Shown here: piece by piece, positions 29,634 to 39,859 of the stretch | Layout of the letters: each line of letters begins with the position of its first letter | Position numbering within the stretch: the first letter of the stretch is position 1 | Origin: an uncultured bacterium | Lineage (GTDB): Bacteria; Patescibacteriota; Minisyncoccia; Moranbacterales; UBA2206 | Length of the DNA: 64,000 nt | Assembly: GCA_903831805.1 (NCBI GenBank) | Contig: CAIKZD010000007.1 | Coordinates: 7,886 to 71,885 of the forward strand | Direction: 5' to 3' | Notes under the pieces: model-generated | What the model was told of the DNA's origin: nothing | The model's database searches: none | What the model saw: the letters and a program-made list of their open reading frames with translations, nothing else | Translations under genes and position numbers: made by a program

Positions 29634-30035
29634 ATGTTTCGAGAATTCAAAAAATTTCTTTTGCGCGGCAACGTGGTGGACCTGGCGGTTGGAGTAGCGG
29701 TCGGAGCTGCTTTCGGTGCGGTAGTGACGGCTTTAGTGAGTGATTTTTTGACGCCGCTCATTGCGGCGGTGGTCAGGGTGCCTGATTTTTCCAATATGGT
29801 ATTCACGCTGAACGGCAGTCAATTCCGCTATGGTCATTTCATCAATTCCCTGGTTTCATTTTTCCTGGTGGCGTTCGCTTTGTTTTTCTTTGTGGTGAAA
29901 CCGATGAACATTCTGATTACCCGTTCCAAAAAAGGTCAGCCCATTGACCCGACCACGAAAAAATGCAAAGAATGTTTGAGTGAAATTCCGATCAAGGCGA
30001 AACGTTGTGCTCATTGCGGACATATCGCCGATTGA
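29634..30035 (+). CDS. mscL: Large-conductance mechanosensitive channel with C-terminal zinc ribbon
   Basis: FREFKKFLLRGNVVDLAVG; C-terminal CxxC..CxxC. Confidence 0.93.
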   Translation: MFREFKKFLLRGNVVDLAVGVAVGAAFGAVVTALVSDFLTPLIAAVVRVPDFSNMVFTLNGSQFRYGHFINSLVSFFLVAFALFFFVVKPMNILITRSKKGQPIDPTTKKCKECLSEIPIKAKRCAHCGHIAD

Positions 30036-30191
30036 TTTTTTTTGGTGTTGCTATTGGATTTTTAAACCAAGCCAGACAGGCGGCGAGCTATTGATGCTCG
30101 CCTGTTTTTATTTCTGAAAGCTTGTTTTACAGAAATTGTATTAGTGGATAAGCTTTTTATTTTAGAAAATTCAGAAAGGAGGTGTAATATT

Positions 30192-30386
30192 ATGAAACAA
30201 CTATCATGTAAAGATATGGGTGCGGCGGAGTGCGATTTTGTGGCAACTGGCAACACGGCCGAAGAATTGAAAGACAAGATGATGGAGCACGCTAAAATGG
30301 AACATAGTGACATGCTGGACAGCATGTCGGATGACGAAAAATCCGGGATGATGAAAAAAATGGATGCTATGATGAAGGATGTGTGA
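30192..30386 (+). CDS. DUF1059-like small metal-binding protein
   Basis: MKQLSCKDMG..CDF...G.T.EEL....MEHAKMEH; aaggagg RBS upstream. Confidence 0.8.
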   Translation: MKQLSCKDMGAAECDFVATGNTAEELKDKMMEHAKMEHSDMLDSMSDDEKSGMMKKMDAMMKDV

Positions 30387-30462
30387 TTTTAAAAAAGAAC
30401 GGTTAGAGGAACCGTTCTTTTTATTGCTAAATATTAGCGTTGACGTATGGACTTGTGGCTGA

Positions 30463-30867
30463 CTAGGCTTTTCGCGCGACAGCTTTCTTGACAGTTTTGG
30501 CGACGCGCGCCGCATCCTTGGCCAGGTCGGCTTTGGCAGCGATGGCCAGCTTGCTCATAGTTCTCCAGTGTTTTTTGAGATCAACGGCCAAGGCTTCGAT
30601 TTCCGGCTGGGTGGCTTTTTTGCTTTTCTTGTATTCCTTAGTGACGGCGTCGATAATTTCCAGATAGATCGGTTCAGTGATTTCTTTAGCGGCTTCCAAT
30701 TTTTCCACCACTTCACCTTTCATCTTAATGGCCCAAGCTTTGGCATGTGCTCTCGTTTTCTTGCCACGCGGTCCGAAGACGAAATAGGCGGTGGCGGCCA
30801 CGCCGGCTAGGCTGGCTCCCAGGACGGCTAACTTGACGGCTGCGGATTTGTTCATTTTTGTTGGCAT
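30463..30867 (-). CDS. Hypothetical protein (N-terminal TM, Lys/Ala-rich)
   Basis: 134-aa ORF, YtxH-like layout. Confidence 0.7.
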   Translation of the reverse strand: MPTKMNKSAAVKLAVLGASLAGVAATAYFVFGPRGKKTRAHAKAWAIKMKGEVVEKLEAAKEITEPIYLEIIDAVTKEYKKSKKATQPEIEALAVDLKKHWRTMSKLAIAAKADLAKDAARVAKTVKKAVARKA

Positions 30868-30893
30868 ATTTTTTAATTAAATTACTTAACGAA

Positions 30894-31172
30894 TTATTTT
30901 GTCTTTTTGCTTTTCTTTCTGGGCGCGGGTGAAAAAAACATGCGGAAAAGCAGATTGCTTTCTAATTTTTCTTTGAGGTCAAAAATGAATTCTTCCGATT
31001 CCTTGAAATGCGTCTGCAGTTTTTCGGAAATGGCATAGAGGTTCTGGCCTGCCCGGATGAAATAGAACAAGGCGACGGCCAAGAGGACGGTCAAAATCAC
31101 CGTGGCCACGGATGAGATGAAAAAGAAAATGTCTGCTTTTATGAGTGTGTCCATATCCATATTATACAGCAC
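30894..31172 (-). CDS. Hypothetical membrane protein
   Basis: KADIFFFISSVA TM segment. Confidence 0.7.
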   Translation of the reverse strand: MLYNMDMDTLIKADIFFFISSVATVILTVLLAVALFYFIRAGQNLYAISEKLQTHFKESEEFIFDLKEKLESNLLFRMFFSPAPRKKSKKTK

Positions 31173-31193
31173 AGTTGTTTTCCTGGCTAGGGT

Positions 31194-32018
31194 TTATATT
31201 TTTTTCAAAGCGGGAAGATCCGGGAAGCGCGTATCGTTTTGGATGAAGAGGCGATTGAGTCGGAGTGGATCCACTTGGTTTGCATTGCTTTCATTTACGG
31301 TAGTGACGGCGGTAGTATAGCCGGAGTTGGCGACGATATTTTCCACTGCTTGACTGATGGCGCCACCCGGATAACAAAAATCAGTGACGGGTGTGCCGGT
31401 GATTTGTTCTAATATTTTCTTGCTGGCATAAATCTCTTCTGCCGCTTTTTGGTCGCTAATGGTGGTGAGATTGGGATGTGACAGTGTGTGCGAGCCGAAA
31501 TTCATCCCAGCTTGCTGCATCTCCAAAATTTGCGCTTGGGTCAAAAAGCCGGGTTTATCTATATTGTTTACGATTAGATAAAAAGTAGCTTGGAAATGGT
31601 ATTTTTTTAAAAGAGGAAAAGCCGTATCATAGACATCGCGGTAGCCGTCGTCGAAAGTCAAGATGAGTGGTTTTTTATCAATTTTTTCAGGATGCGTTAG
31701 GTAGGCCGGCGTAACCGTCTGAAAATCATTGGCTGCTAGCCAGTCGAGTTGTGCTGTGAAATTTTCTGGCGAGACAAAGATACTCGGGCTGGAAGGATTT
31801 TGGCCGCCGGGATAGGCTTGAATGTGATGATACATCAAAATGGGCACGGCCGGCGTGAGTGAAATTTTTTGGGGTGTCACGGGGGAATTTAAATTAGCTG
31901 GAATGGCGGGCGGGGTTCGCAAGTGGTTTTCTTGGACGCTCAAAAACAACCGACGCATAATCAAAGATGTGCCTAGGAGAGAAAGAAGGATAAGGAAAAG
32001 AAAAAATGTTTTTTTCAT
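31194..32018 (-). CDS. Polysaccharide deacetylase (NodB/CE4)
   Basis: PILMYHHI, LTFDDGY, FGSHTLSHPNL, FCYPGG. Confidence 0.92.
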   Translation of the reverse strand: MKKTFFLFLILLSLLGTSLIMRRLFLSVQENHLRTPPAIPANLNSPVTPQKISLTPAVPILMYHHIQAYPGGQNPSSPSIFVSPENFTAQLDWLAANDFQTVTPAYLTHPEKIDKKPLILTFDDGYRDVYDTAFPLLKKYHFQATFYLIVNNIDKPGFLTQAQILEMQQAGMNFGSHTLSHPNLTTISDQKAAEEIYASKKILEQITGTPVTDFCYPGGAISQAVENIVANSGYTTAVTTVNESNANQVDPLRLNRLFIQNDTRFPDLPALKKI

Positions 32019-32122
32019 AATGCATTTCCAGTATAATTTAAAATCCCCGAAGTGACAACGCGTTTTTACCAAAATATCCGGCGACTTTACAATGTGTAGT
32101 TTTAATACTAAAATTATTTAAT

Positions 32123-33280
32123 ATGAAAAAGATCCAATATCTGAATGGTTTGCGGGGCGTAGCCGCCTTTGAAGTGGTTTTTCACCATTTTATCCTGGCT
32201 TTCTATCCCGCGCTTTTTTCCGGGCCCGGCATTGCGACGCATTTGGCGGCTGGCGAAGAGGTGGCCGCTTCGGGGTCGTTTTTGAATCTGTTGTGGGACG
32301 GGAATTTTGCTGTGTGCATCTTTTTTGTCTTGAGCGGTTTTGTCCTGAGTCATAAGTTTTTTCTCCGGAAAGAACGCGAGATCATTACGGCCAGTGCCGT
32401 GAAACGCTATTTCCGCTTGGCTTTGCCGGTGGCTTTCTCGGTGCTCCTGGCCTATATACTGATGAAACTATCTTTGTTCTATAATGATCCGGTTGCAACT
32501 CTGAGCGGCTCCGGCTGGCTTTCGGGCTTTTGGAATTTTCAACCTAATTTTCTCGATTCCTTGAAGCAAGCGTTTATTGGCTCGTTCTTCTTCAGCGTTT
32601 TTGATTATAATGCCATCTTGTGGACAATTGCCTGTGAGTTTCTGGGTTCATTTCTGGTGTTCGGTTTTTTAGCCATCTTTGGCAAAGCTCCGAAAAGATT
32701 TTGGGCGTATGCGTTTTTGATCCTAGTCTTTTTTCAAACCTATTACCTGGCTTTTATTCTTGGGATGCTCCTGAGTGATGTGATAGCGCACCGGCAAATG
32801 ATTTTGCGAAATTCCAAGACGAAGAAAGTTTGGCTCTCAGTCCTTATGGCCGCCGGATTATTCCTGGGCTCTTTTCCGATCGGTCGCGACCCGCAAGGCA
32901 CGGCGTATGCTTTTATGGATATGCCCTGGATGACCAGCGCCGCGACATTCTATCATATCGTGGGTGCTTTTTTTCTCATGATCGTGCTGCTCGATTCCAA
33001 AAAGATGCAACGCTTTTTTTCGTACAAATATTTTCTTTTCTTGGGTGAAATATCCTTCGCGATGTATTTGTTGCACTTTATCATCCTAGGCTCATTCTCT
33101 AGTTTTGTCTTTTTGAAACTGCAACCGGAGATGGCCTATTCCTACGCCGTAGCTTTGTCATTCTTGATCTCACTGCCGGTCATTCTCTTGGTGAGTTACG
33201 CTGCCTATGAATTGGTGGATAAGAAGGCGGTTAGATTTTCACATTTTTTGTATGAAAAATTGTTCGTGCATAAGCAATGA
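32123..33280 (+). CDS. Acyltransferase-3 family membrane O-acyltransferase
   Basis: LNGLRGVAA..V..HH, FFVLSGFVL, KRYFRL, LWTIACE, LGEISFAMYLLH. Confidence 0.92.
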   Translation: MKKIQYLNGLRGVAAFEVVFHHFILAFYPALFSGPGIATHLAAGEEVAASGSFLNLLWDGNFAVCIFFVLSGFVLSHKFFLRKEREIITASAVKRYFRLALPVAFSVLLAYILMKLSLFYNDPVATLSGSGWLSGFWNFQPNFLDSLKQAFIGSFFFSVFDYNAILWTIACEFLGSFLVFGFLAIFGKAPKRFWAYAFLILVFFQTYYLAFILGMLLSDVIAHRQMILRNSKTKKVWLSVLMAAGLFLGSFPIGRDPQGTAYAFMDMPWMTSAATFYHIVGAFFLMIVLLDSKKMQRFFSYKYFLFLGEISFAMYLLHFIILGSFSSFVFLKLQPEMAYSYAVALSFLISLPVILLVSYAAYELVDKKAVRFSHFLYEKLFVHKQ

Positions 33281-33374
33281 AAAAGACGGAAAAGACCAGC
33301 GTTGACAGAAAAAGTGTTTTTGGGTGTATAATGGTATAGAATAGTTTTCAGCTTAATTATTAAACCTTAAAATT

Positions 33375-33797
33375 ATGAAAAAGGTGATGATGCTAACGCT
33401 AGTGACTCTTGGTGCTTTAGCGTTGAGCGGATGTGGCACGCAAAGCGGGGTTTCAAATGGCTACTCCAATACTAGTACCGATAACAATAGCACGCCGCCG
33501 AGTGCAAGCGCGCCTAGTGCGCCGGCTCCAACTCCAGCTGCGTCGGCTCCGATTGCAGCCAACGCTATCAGTATCCAAAATTTCGCTTTCAGTCCGGCGA
33601 CGTTGACGGTCAAAAAAGGGACAACGGTGACGTGGATGAATAATGACACGGCGACACATACTGTGAAATCAAGCTTGTTCACTTCGGGCAACCTGGCCAA
33701 AGGTGATACTTTCAAATTCACTTTTGACACCGTGGGCACTTTCAACTATTCTTGTGGTGTTCACCCTTCTATGATGGGCACAATAATCGTTCAGTAA
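33375..33797 (+). CDS. Cupredoxin/plastocyanin-like lipoprotein
   Basis: Lipobox LSGC; NFAFSP, N.D...HTV, Y.C..HPSM.G. Confidence 0.9.
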   Translation: MKKVMMLTLVTLGALALSGCGTQSGVSNGYSNTSTDNNSTPPSASAPSAPAPTPAASAPIAANAISIQNFAFSPATLTVKKGTTVTWMNNDTATHTVKSSLFTSGNLAKGDTFKFTFDTVGTFNYSCGVHPSMMGTIIVQ

Positions 33798-33944
33798 TAT
33801 GGTCCACTCGTTTGCCTATAGCTACAAAAACAGGGAAATTTTTCCCTGTTTTTTGTTTTATTTGTGTTTTTATCGGATTTGTGGCATGATGGGGAAAAGG
33901 AATCCTCCTTGTAATTTTTGGTTTTAAAAATAACGCAAGACAAA

Positions 33945-35729
33945 ATGGCTGAAAAAAAGGAAAAATTGGAGAAGAAGATTGATCTTAAAGCCTTTTGGGT
34001 GAAGATTTGGAAGTTGCTTGAGCCGAGCCGCACCCAAATCAAAAAACTGTTGATTTTGATTTTCTTTTTGGAGGGCGTGCAATTGATCGGGCCGTATCTC
34101 CTGAAAATGATTATTGATAAATTGACCGTTTTTGACGTGGCGCAAATTGGTGTGATTGTGGCGCTCATCGGTCTGATGTTTTTGATCAATGAGACATCCT
34201 CTTTTTTGAACTATTTTGCCGACAAAAAAATATTCAGAATTCTGGTGGACGCCGTGGCTTATCTTTCCAATAACGCCTTGCACAAGATGGTTTTTTTGGA
34301 TCTGGGTTATCATGAAAAAGAGAACACGGGGAATAAGATCATCAAGATTAAGCGCGGCGTGGACAAAGTGGAAAATCTTTTCGGCAATTTTTTCTGGGAA
34401 GTGGCGCCGACAATTTTTCAAATAGTACTCACCGCCGGCATTCTTTTCTGGGTGAATTGGATTTTCGGCGTGGTCATTCTGATTTTTGTGCCCGCTTTCA
34501 TTCTATTGACTCTCAAAGTGAACAAATTGGTTTTTCCGTTCCGCAGCAAGCGCTTCGATGATGAAGAAGTGGCGGCGGGTCTGATGACACAAGCGATCAT
34601 TAACATCAACACGGTCAAATCATTTGTGCAGGAAATGCGAGAATACAAAACTTTCATGCGCTCTACCGAGAATGTTAAAAATAGCGTCATGCAGGAGTTT
34701 GGCCATATCTTGAAATATAATGTGGCCCGGAATTTAGTGATTGATCTCGGTCGCGGTTTTGTCCTTTTGTTCGGGATTTTTTTGGTCATTCGCGGACACA
34801 TTACAGTGGGCAGTTTGGTCTTCGTGTATACCATTTCGGAAAAAGCTCTCGTTTCTCTTTTCCGCATTTCGCGCCTGTATGACCGCATCATGGAATCGGC
34901 GGACGCGGTGGAGCGGCTGCATACGCTTTCCCTGGAAGAGCCACAGATCAAAAATCCGGAGCGCGGCTTCAAACCAAAAAAAGTGGCAGGTCTTATCGAA
35001 TTTAAAGGGGTTAATTATAGCTATCAAGAAGCGAGCTTTAAGGCTTTAGACGACGTCAGTTTCAAGATTTGTTCCGGGTGTGTGACGGCCTTAGTGGGAC
35101 CCAGCGGCGGCGGCAAGACGACGGTGGTGCGGATGATCTATCGCCATTATGATCCGGCTAGCGGAGCCGTGCTTTTGGACGGAAAAGATTTACGGGAGTA
35201 TGATCTCTATGGTTTTCGAAAATTTATTTCGATCGTGCCGCAAGAAGTGGAAATGTTCAACACGAGTGTGCGGGAAAATATCTCTTACGCCAAGCCCGGT
35301 GCGGCCCTCTCGGAAATTAAAGCAGCGGCGCGCATTGCCAACGCCGAAGAATTTATCGCTAATCTGCCGGACGGTTATGATACGATGGTGGGCGAACGCG
35401 GCATCAAATTGTCCGGCGGCCAGCGTCAGCGGATCGGCATCGCCCGCGCCATTTTGGCTAATCCGCGCATTTTGATTTTTGATGAAGCCACTTCCAGCCT
35501 GGATTCCTATTCCGAGCGTCTCATCCAAGAAGCGATGGAAAAAATTAGCCGCAACCGCACAGTCATCATCATTGCCCACCGCTTGAGCACTATTAAGAAA
35601 GCTGATAAGATCGTAGTGTTGGAACATGGTCGCGTCGTGGAAGAAGGCAGTCACACCGAGTTGGCCCAGATCAAAGGCGGGCTGTATCAGAAACTGATCA
35701 ACTTGCAGAAGATGGGGGATGTGGAGTAG
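33945..35729 (+). CDS. ABC transporter fused permease/ATPase
   Basis: GPSGGGKT, LSGGQRQR, IFDEATSSLD, IAHRLST. Confidence 0.93.
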   Translation: MAEKKEKLEKKIDLKAFWVKIWKLLEPSRTQIKKLLILIFFLEGVQLIGPYLLKMIIDKLTVFDVAQIGVIVALIGLMFLINETSSFLNYFADKKIFRILVDAVAYLSNNALHKMVFLDLGYHEKENTGNKIIKIKRGVDKVENLFGNFFWEVAPTIFQIVLTAGILFWVNWIFGVVILIFVPAFILLTLKVNKLVFPFRSKRFDDEEVAAGLMTQAIININTVKSFVQEMREYKTFMRSTENVKNSVMQEFGHILKYNVARNLVIDLGRGFVLLFGIFLVIRGHITVGSLVFVYTISEKALVSLFRISRLYDRIMESADAVERLHTLSLEEPQIKNPERGFKPKKVAGLIEFKGVNYSYQEASFKALDDVSFKICSGCVTALVGPSGGGKTTVVRMIYRHYDPASGAVLLDGKDLREYDLYGFRKFISIVPQEVEMFNTSVRENISYAKPGAALSEIKAAARIANAEEFIANLPDGYDTMVGERGIKLSGGQRQRIGIARAILANPRILIFDEATSSLDSYSERLIQEAMEKISRNRTVIIIAHRLSTIKKADKIVVLEHGRVVEEGSHTELAQIKGGLYQKLINLQKMGDVE

Positions 35730-35732
35730 TTC

Positions 35733-35870
35733 GGGTTTTGTTTTTAAAAAAGTTGTCTGAACTCGAACGTGATTTTTTTGGCAAAAATTTCCTAAGTCGA
35801 CGGCTGGTACGAAAATTTTTGATAAAAATCACGTTCTCAAACAGAAATAACTTTTTTAAAAACAAAACCC
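35733..35870. repeat. 138-bp imperfect inverted-repeat element (MITE-like)
   Basis: Terminal IR gggttttgtttttaaaaaagtt/aacttttttaaaaacaaaaccc plus inner gaacgtgattttt/aaaaatcacgttc. Confidence 0.75.
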
Positions 35871-35909
35871 TCGCATGAGATAAGAGGGATAAAAATTATA
35901 AATAAAAAA

Positions 35910-36776
35910 ATGAAAAAGATTCCAATTTATTTGAAGCTCCTTATTGTTTTTGTCTTAGTAGTGCTTTTATCCGCCTTTGTGAAGGGAAAAAGTTCCTTTG
36001 ATTTTTCTCAAATCGTGGCTTATGTGATTTTAATCATTACTGTTTTTAGCTTCGGTTTGTTCATGATGTTTTCTTTGGAAAATCGCAAAGAAAGGATCAA
36101 TTCCATTAAGAATTCACTGCGCAAACAAGATGCCCATCTGTTTAACATTCATCAATTTTCCAAATATTTCGAAGCTAGTGTGACGCAAAAAATAGTCAAT
36201 CATATCGATAGTTTTTTGATGACCCAGATAGATTATAAGATTGAGGATATCGATATATCTAGTGAAAGTTTGGCTGAGTTTTTTGATATGGTCAGGCAGA
36301 TTGAAACAAAGACGGAAGAACAAAAGGAAGTAAAAACGAGAATCCTAGATAATCTGGAAAATATCAGCCTGATTATAAAAGAAGTCTCTTTCAAGGCGAT
36401 GGACAAAATGAGCAAATATGAGTGGGTCAGTCTGTTAGCTTTATTTTTTGTGATTATTTTTGGCTTGTTCTATGAAAACACCAATTCTTTCATTTGCATC
36501 TTGATGATTTCCATCATTGCTACAGCGCTAGCTCTGCTGTTATTTATCTTGAGAGAGCTGGACACATTGCATTGGCAAGAGCAGAATTGGATCTGGAATC
36601 CACTGACTAATTTATTCAAGGAACTGGGTTTAACGCCATATTTTCCGGAAATAATTTTTACCACCAATAGAGTTGCGATTGGAAAGATAAAAGGACTGAC
36701 CAAAGCCAGGATTGCTGTCTATAAATATCCTTATCCGGATTTCAGAGGTAAGAAGATTAGGATCGTGAAACTGTAA
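35910..36776 (+). CDS. Hypothetical membrane protein (4 TM)
   Basis: 288-aa low-GC ORF. Confidence 0.75.
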   Translation: MKKIPIYLKLLIVFVLVVLLSAFVKGKSSFDFSQIVAYVILIITVFSFGLFMMFSLENRKERINSIKNSLRKQDAHLFNIHQFSKYFEASVTQKIVNHIDSFLMTQIDYKIEDIDISSESLAEFFDMVRQIETKTEEQKEVKTRILDNLENISLIIKEVSFKAMDKMSKYEWVSLLALFFVIIFGLFYENTNSFICILMISIIATALALLLFILRELDTLHWQEQNWIWNPLTNLFKELGLTPYFPEIIFTTNRVAIGKIKGLTKARIAVYKYPYPDFRGKKIRIVKL

Positions 36777-36795
36777 GGAATATTATCCAATCATT

Positions 36796-37548
36796 ATGTA
36801 CACCCAGTATTCCCACAACTTAATAATCTCGGCCGATGATTTTGGGGTGAGCGCGGAAGCCAACCGGAATATTTTAATTTTGGCGAAAGAAAATAAAATT
36901 GACCGCGCGGGGGTGATGATGGGCGGGCGAATTTCGCGGGAGGAAGCGGCAGCGCTTTCGGCGTCGGGAATCAAGATTGACATTCATCTGCATCTTTTGG
37001 ACGCGGATTATTTTGCCAAGAGAAGCGGGGAGTCTGATCGAAATGCTTTAAGGCGGATTTTTTTGTTTGCTCTGGATGTGCTGAGTGGTCGCTATGCACC
37101 AGGCAAAGTGAAACTTATTTGGAAAAAACAGATCGAAGATTTCCATGCAATGTTCGGCCGCTATCCGGACGGCCTCAATTCACACGAACATATGCATTTT
37201 TTCCCACCATTTTTCCGGGTGGCGCTGTCACTCAAAGAAAAGTTCGGCATTTCTTTCATGCGTTTGGGGAAATGGGAATACAAAACCGGCCTAAATTTCA
37301 CGTTGGTGGCTTTGATTTTGAACACGCTGCGGCGCATCAATGCCCGCGTGAATCAGATTTTTGTCACGCCGCCGCATATTGCCAAAGACGTGCCGGAGGT
37401 GCTCAACACTGCCGATTTTTTAGCCAGCTTTGATTGGATTTCCGACCGGGAAAAATTTTTTGAGAACTTACCCAATCCCGGGCAAACGGAGTTGGTTTTT
37501 CACCCGGAACGGCCGGAAGAGTTGGCCTTCCTGGAAGAGAATTTTTAG
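36796..37548 (+). CDS. ChbG/YdjC-family carbohydrate deacetylase
   Basis: IISADDFG, HLHL, LNSHEHMH, ELVFHP. Confidence 0.88.
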   Translation: MYTQYSHNLIISADDFGVSAEANRNILILAKENKIDRAGVMMGGRISREEAAALSASGIKIDIHLHLLDADYFAKRSGESDRNALRRIFLFALDVLSGRYAPGKVKLIWKKQIEDFHAMFGRYPDGLNSHEHMHFFPPFFRVALSLKEKFGISFMRLGKWEYKTGLNFTLVALILNTLRRINARVNQIFVTPPHIAKDVPEVLNTADFLASFDWISDREKFFENLPNPGQTELVFHPERPEELAFLEENF

Positions 37549-37563
37549 TCTAGAATTAAACTT

Positions 37564-37737
37564 ATGAAAGCACTTATAATGTTTGGCATGATAGCTGGGT
37601 CTTATGTGGGCAGTTTTATCCCGCTACTTTGGGGCGGCAGCCTGCTTTCGCTGTCCTCGATCTTATTCGGCGGCATTGGCGGCTTATTCGGCATCTGGGC
37701 GGGATATCGCGCCGCGCAAAGTCTGGGAGTGGGTTAA
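37564..37737 (+). CDS. 57-aa Gly-rich small membrane protein (below ORF-track cutoff)
   Basis: MKALIMFGMIAGSYVGSFIPLLWGG...GGIGGLFGIWAGYRAAQSLGVG*; fills the intergenic gap. Confidence 0.75.
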   Translation: MKALIMFGMIAGSYVGSFIPLLWGGSLLSLSSILFGGIGGLFGIWAGYRAAQSLGVG

Positions 37738-37752
37738 AAAATAAAAAAAACT

Positions 37753-38361
37753 ATGCAAGTCCTATCACAATTACTTTTGCAAATCGGGCTGGGAGTGGTC
37801 GCTTACAAATACGCTCTCCTATTTTTCGGCGCCATTGCCGAGGGACCGGTCCTTATGGTGTCCGCCGGTTTTATGCTGCACCTGGGCCTCTTAGACTTTT
37901 GGCCGACCTATCTTGCATTGCTCATTGGGGATTGGATCGCGGATTTTTTCTGGTACGGAGTGGGATATTTCGGGGCGAAAAAATTCGTTTGGAAATATGG
38001 TCACTTCATTAGCTTGGATCGCGACCGCGTGGCTGAATTGGAGAAGAAATTCCACGCCCATAAGAATAAGATCCTTTTTCTTTCCAAGATGACCATGGGC
38101 TTCGGTTTCGCCCTGGTCACTTTGATTTCCGCCGGCATGGCGAAAGTGCCTATCAAGAATTACGCCCTGTTCAACTTATTAGGCGGTCTGGTGTGGACCG
38201 GACTACTTATCGGGCTGGGTTATATCCTGGGCGGGGCTTATGTTTATGTGAATGAAGGCTTTAGAATTATGTTTATCTTTATGGCGGTCGTTTTAATCTC
38301 TCTTCTATTGTTCGGTTTCGGGCGGTTTATGCGCTACGAATTTTTTAAGAAAAATATATAA
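37753..38361 (+). CDS. DedA family protein
   Basis: EGPVLMVSAG, GDWIADFFWYGVG, AGMAKVP, FNLLGGLVW. Confidence 0.88.
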   Translation: MQVLSQLLLQIGLGVVAYKYALLFFGAIAEGPVLMVSAGFMLHLGLLDFWPTYLALLIGDWIADFFWYGVGYFGAKKFVWKYGHFISLDRDRVAELEKKFHAHKNKILFLSKMTMGFGFALVTLISAGMAKVPIKNYALFNLLGGLVWTGLLIGLGYILGGAYVYVNEGFRIMFIFMAVVLISLLLFGFGRFMRYEFFKKNI

Positions 38362-38364
38362 TTT

Positions 38365-38514
38365 AGGACTTGTACGTTTGTCTTCGCCAAAACATGCTTC
38401 GGCGCGGCAGCTCGGATATATAGAATGATTCCGATAGTAATCAAGAATTTATTATATAACTAAAAATTCACACGCCTACGTAAACATTTTGGCTCAGCCA
38501 AACGCACAAGTCCT
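38365..38514. repeat. 150-bp imperfect inverted-repeat element between convergent genes
   Basis: aggacttgtacgtttg...caaacgcacaagtcct, continuing inward gccaaaa/ttttggc. Confidence 0.7.
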
Positions 38515-38528
38515 GTAACTAAGTTTTT

Positions 38529-39758
38529 CTATTTTATCTCTCCCACTATTTTTTCCAAGGCAATGATGCGGCTGTCTTTTTCATTGCGTTTTTTGATTTC
38601 TGCGCCGCCAGCCGCCAGGGATTTTTCACTGAGCACTAGACGAATCGGGATGCCGATCAGATCAGCGTCGGCAAATTTTTGACCGGCCGTGACGTCGCGG
38701 TCATCATAGAGCACCTCGATATTATTCTCCAAAAGTTCAGCGTAAATTTTTTCCGCGGCTTCATTTTTGCCGAGACTGAGCAAGTGGACTTGGAAGGGGG
38801 CGACTGATTCCGGCCAAATGATGCCCCGGTCGTCGTGACATTTCTCCACGATAATGCCAACCAGGCGCGTGATGCCGATGCCGTAACAACCCATGATTGG
38901 ATATTGGCTGGCCCCATTTTGGTCGGTGAAAGTGAGTTCAAAGTCTTTGCAATATTTCTGGCCTAAATCGAAAACATTGCCAGCTTCCGATGCGCGGGCT
39001 TTTTTCAGTTTTTCTTTGTGGCATTTGGGGCAAGCTTCACCTTCCGTCTCCTTGGCAATTTCCACGTTGACGCAGAAGTTGCATCCGTCGCAGTACAAAA
39101 TGTCATCTTCGCCGGCGTTAGTGATCACCATGAATTCGTAGGAAATTTTTTGGGTGAAACTGCCGCCCGAAGCTTCAGTTACTTTGGCATCTAAACCTAG
39201 TCGCGCGTATATTTTCAGATAGGCCTCTTTGGCAATCTGGTAGTAACGATCAAAATCGGCCTGATCAGCGTGGAAACTGTAGAGATCTTTCATTTCGAAT
39301 TCTCGGCCGCGCAAAAGCCCGGATTTGGCGCGCAGCTCATCGCGATATTTCCAGTGGATTTGATAGAGAGACATCGGCAGATCTTTGTAAGAACTGATAA
39401 ATTTTTTGGCGAGAGGCGTGACAATTTCTTCTTCGCTTTGACCCAGAGCATAATCTTTTTCTGTCCGGCTTTTTATCTTGAACAGGACATCGATGTTGTC
39501 CCAGCCTCCGGTAGTTTTCCAATTTTCCGAAGGATGAAGGGTGGGCATAACAATCTCTTGCCCGCCGATGGCGTCCATTTCCTCGCGCACAACGGTGCGC
39601 ACCTTGTTCAGCACGCGCCGTCCGAGTGGCAGATAGGTGTAATTGCCAGCCATCAATTTATCGACAAAACCGGCCCGCGTCAGGAGTTGGGCGTTGACGG
39701 TGATTTCATCTTTGGGTGCATTTTTTTGGGTTTTAGTGAAAAGAGTGGATTGTTTCAT
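38529..39758 (-). CDS. proS: Prolyl-tRNA synthetase (short form without INS editing domain)
   Basis: LLTRAGFVDK, YRDELRAKSGLLRGREFEMKDLYSF, MGCYGIG, KFADADLIGIP. Confidence 0.95.
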   Translation of the reverse strand: MKQSTLFTKTQKNAPKDEITVNAQLLTRAGFVDKLMAGNYTYLPLGRRVLNKVRTVVREEMDAIGGQEIVMPTLHPSENWKTTGGWDNIDVLFKIKSRTEKDYALGQSEEEIVTPLAKKFISSYKDLPMSLYQIHWKYRDELRAKSGLLRGREFEMKDLYSFHADQADFDRYYQIAKEAYLKIYARLGLDAKVTEASGGSFTQKISYEFMVITNAGEDDILYCDGCNFCVNVEIAKETEGEACPKCHKEKLKKARASEAGNVFDLGQKYCKDFELTFTDQNGASQYPIMGCYGIGITRLVGIIVEKCHDDRGIIWPESVAPFQVHLLSLGKNEAAEKIYAELLENNIEVLYDDRDVTAGQKFADADLIGIPIRLVLSEKSLAAGGAEIKKRNEKDSRIIALEKIVGEIK

Positions 39759-39859
39759 GGCTTCTTATTGTGATTATATTTTATATAGTTATGATATTCG
39801 CAATTTGTGGCCTTGTCAAAAGAAAGCCTTAATCAAGCTGAAGAAAGACAGGCAGTGTT

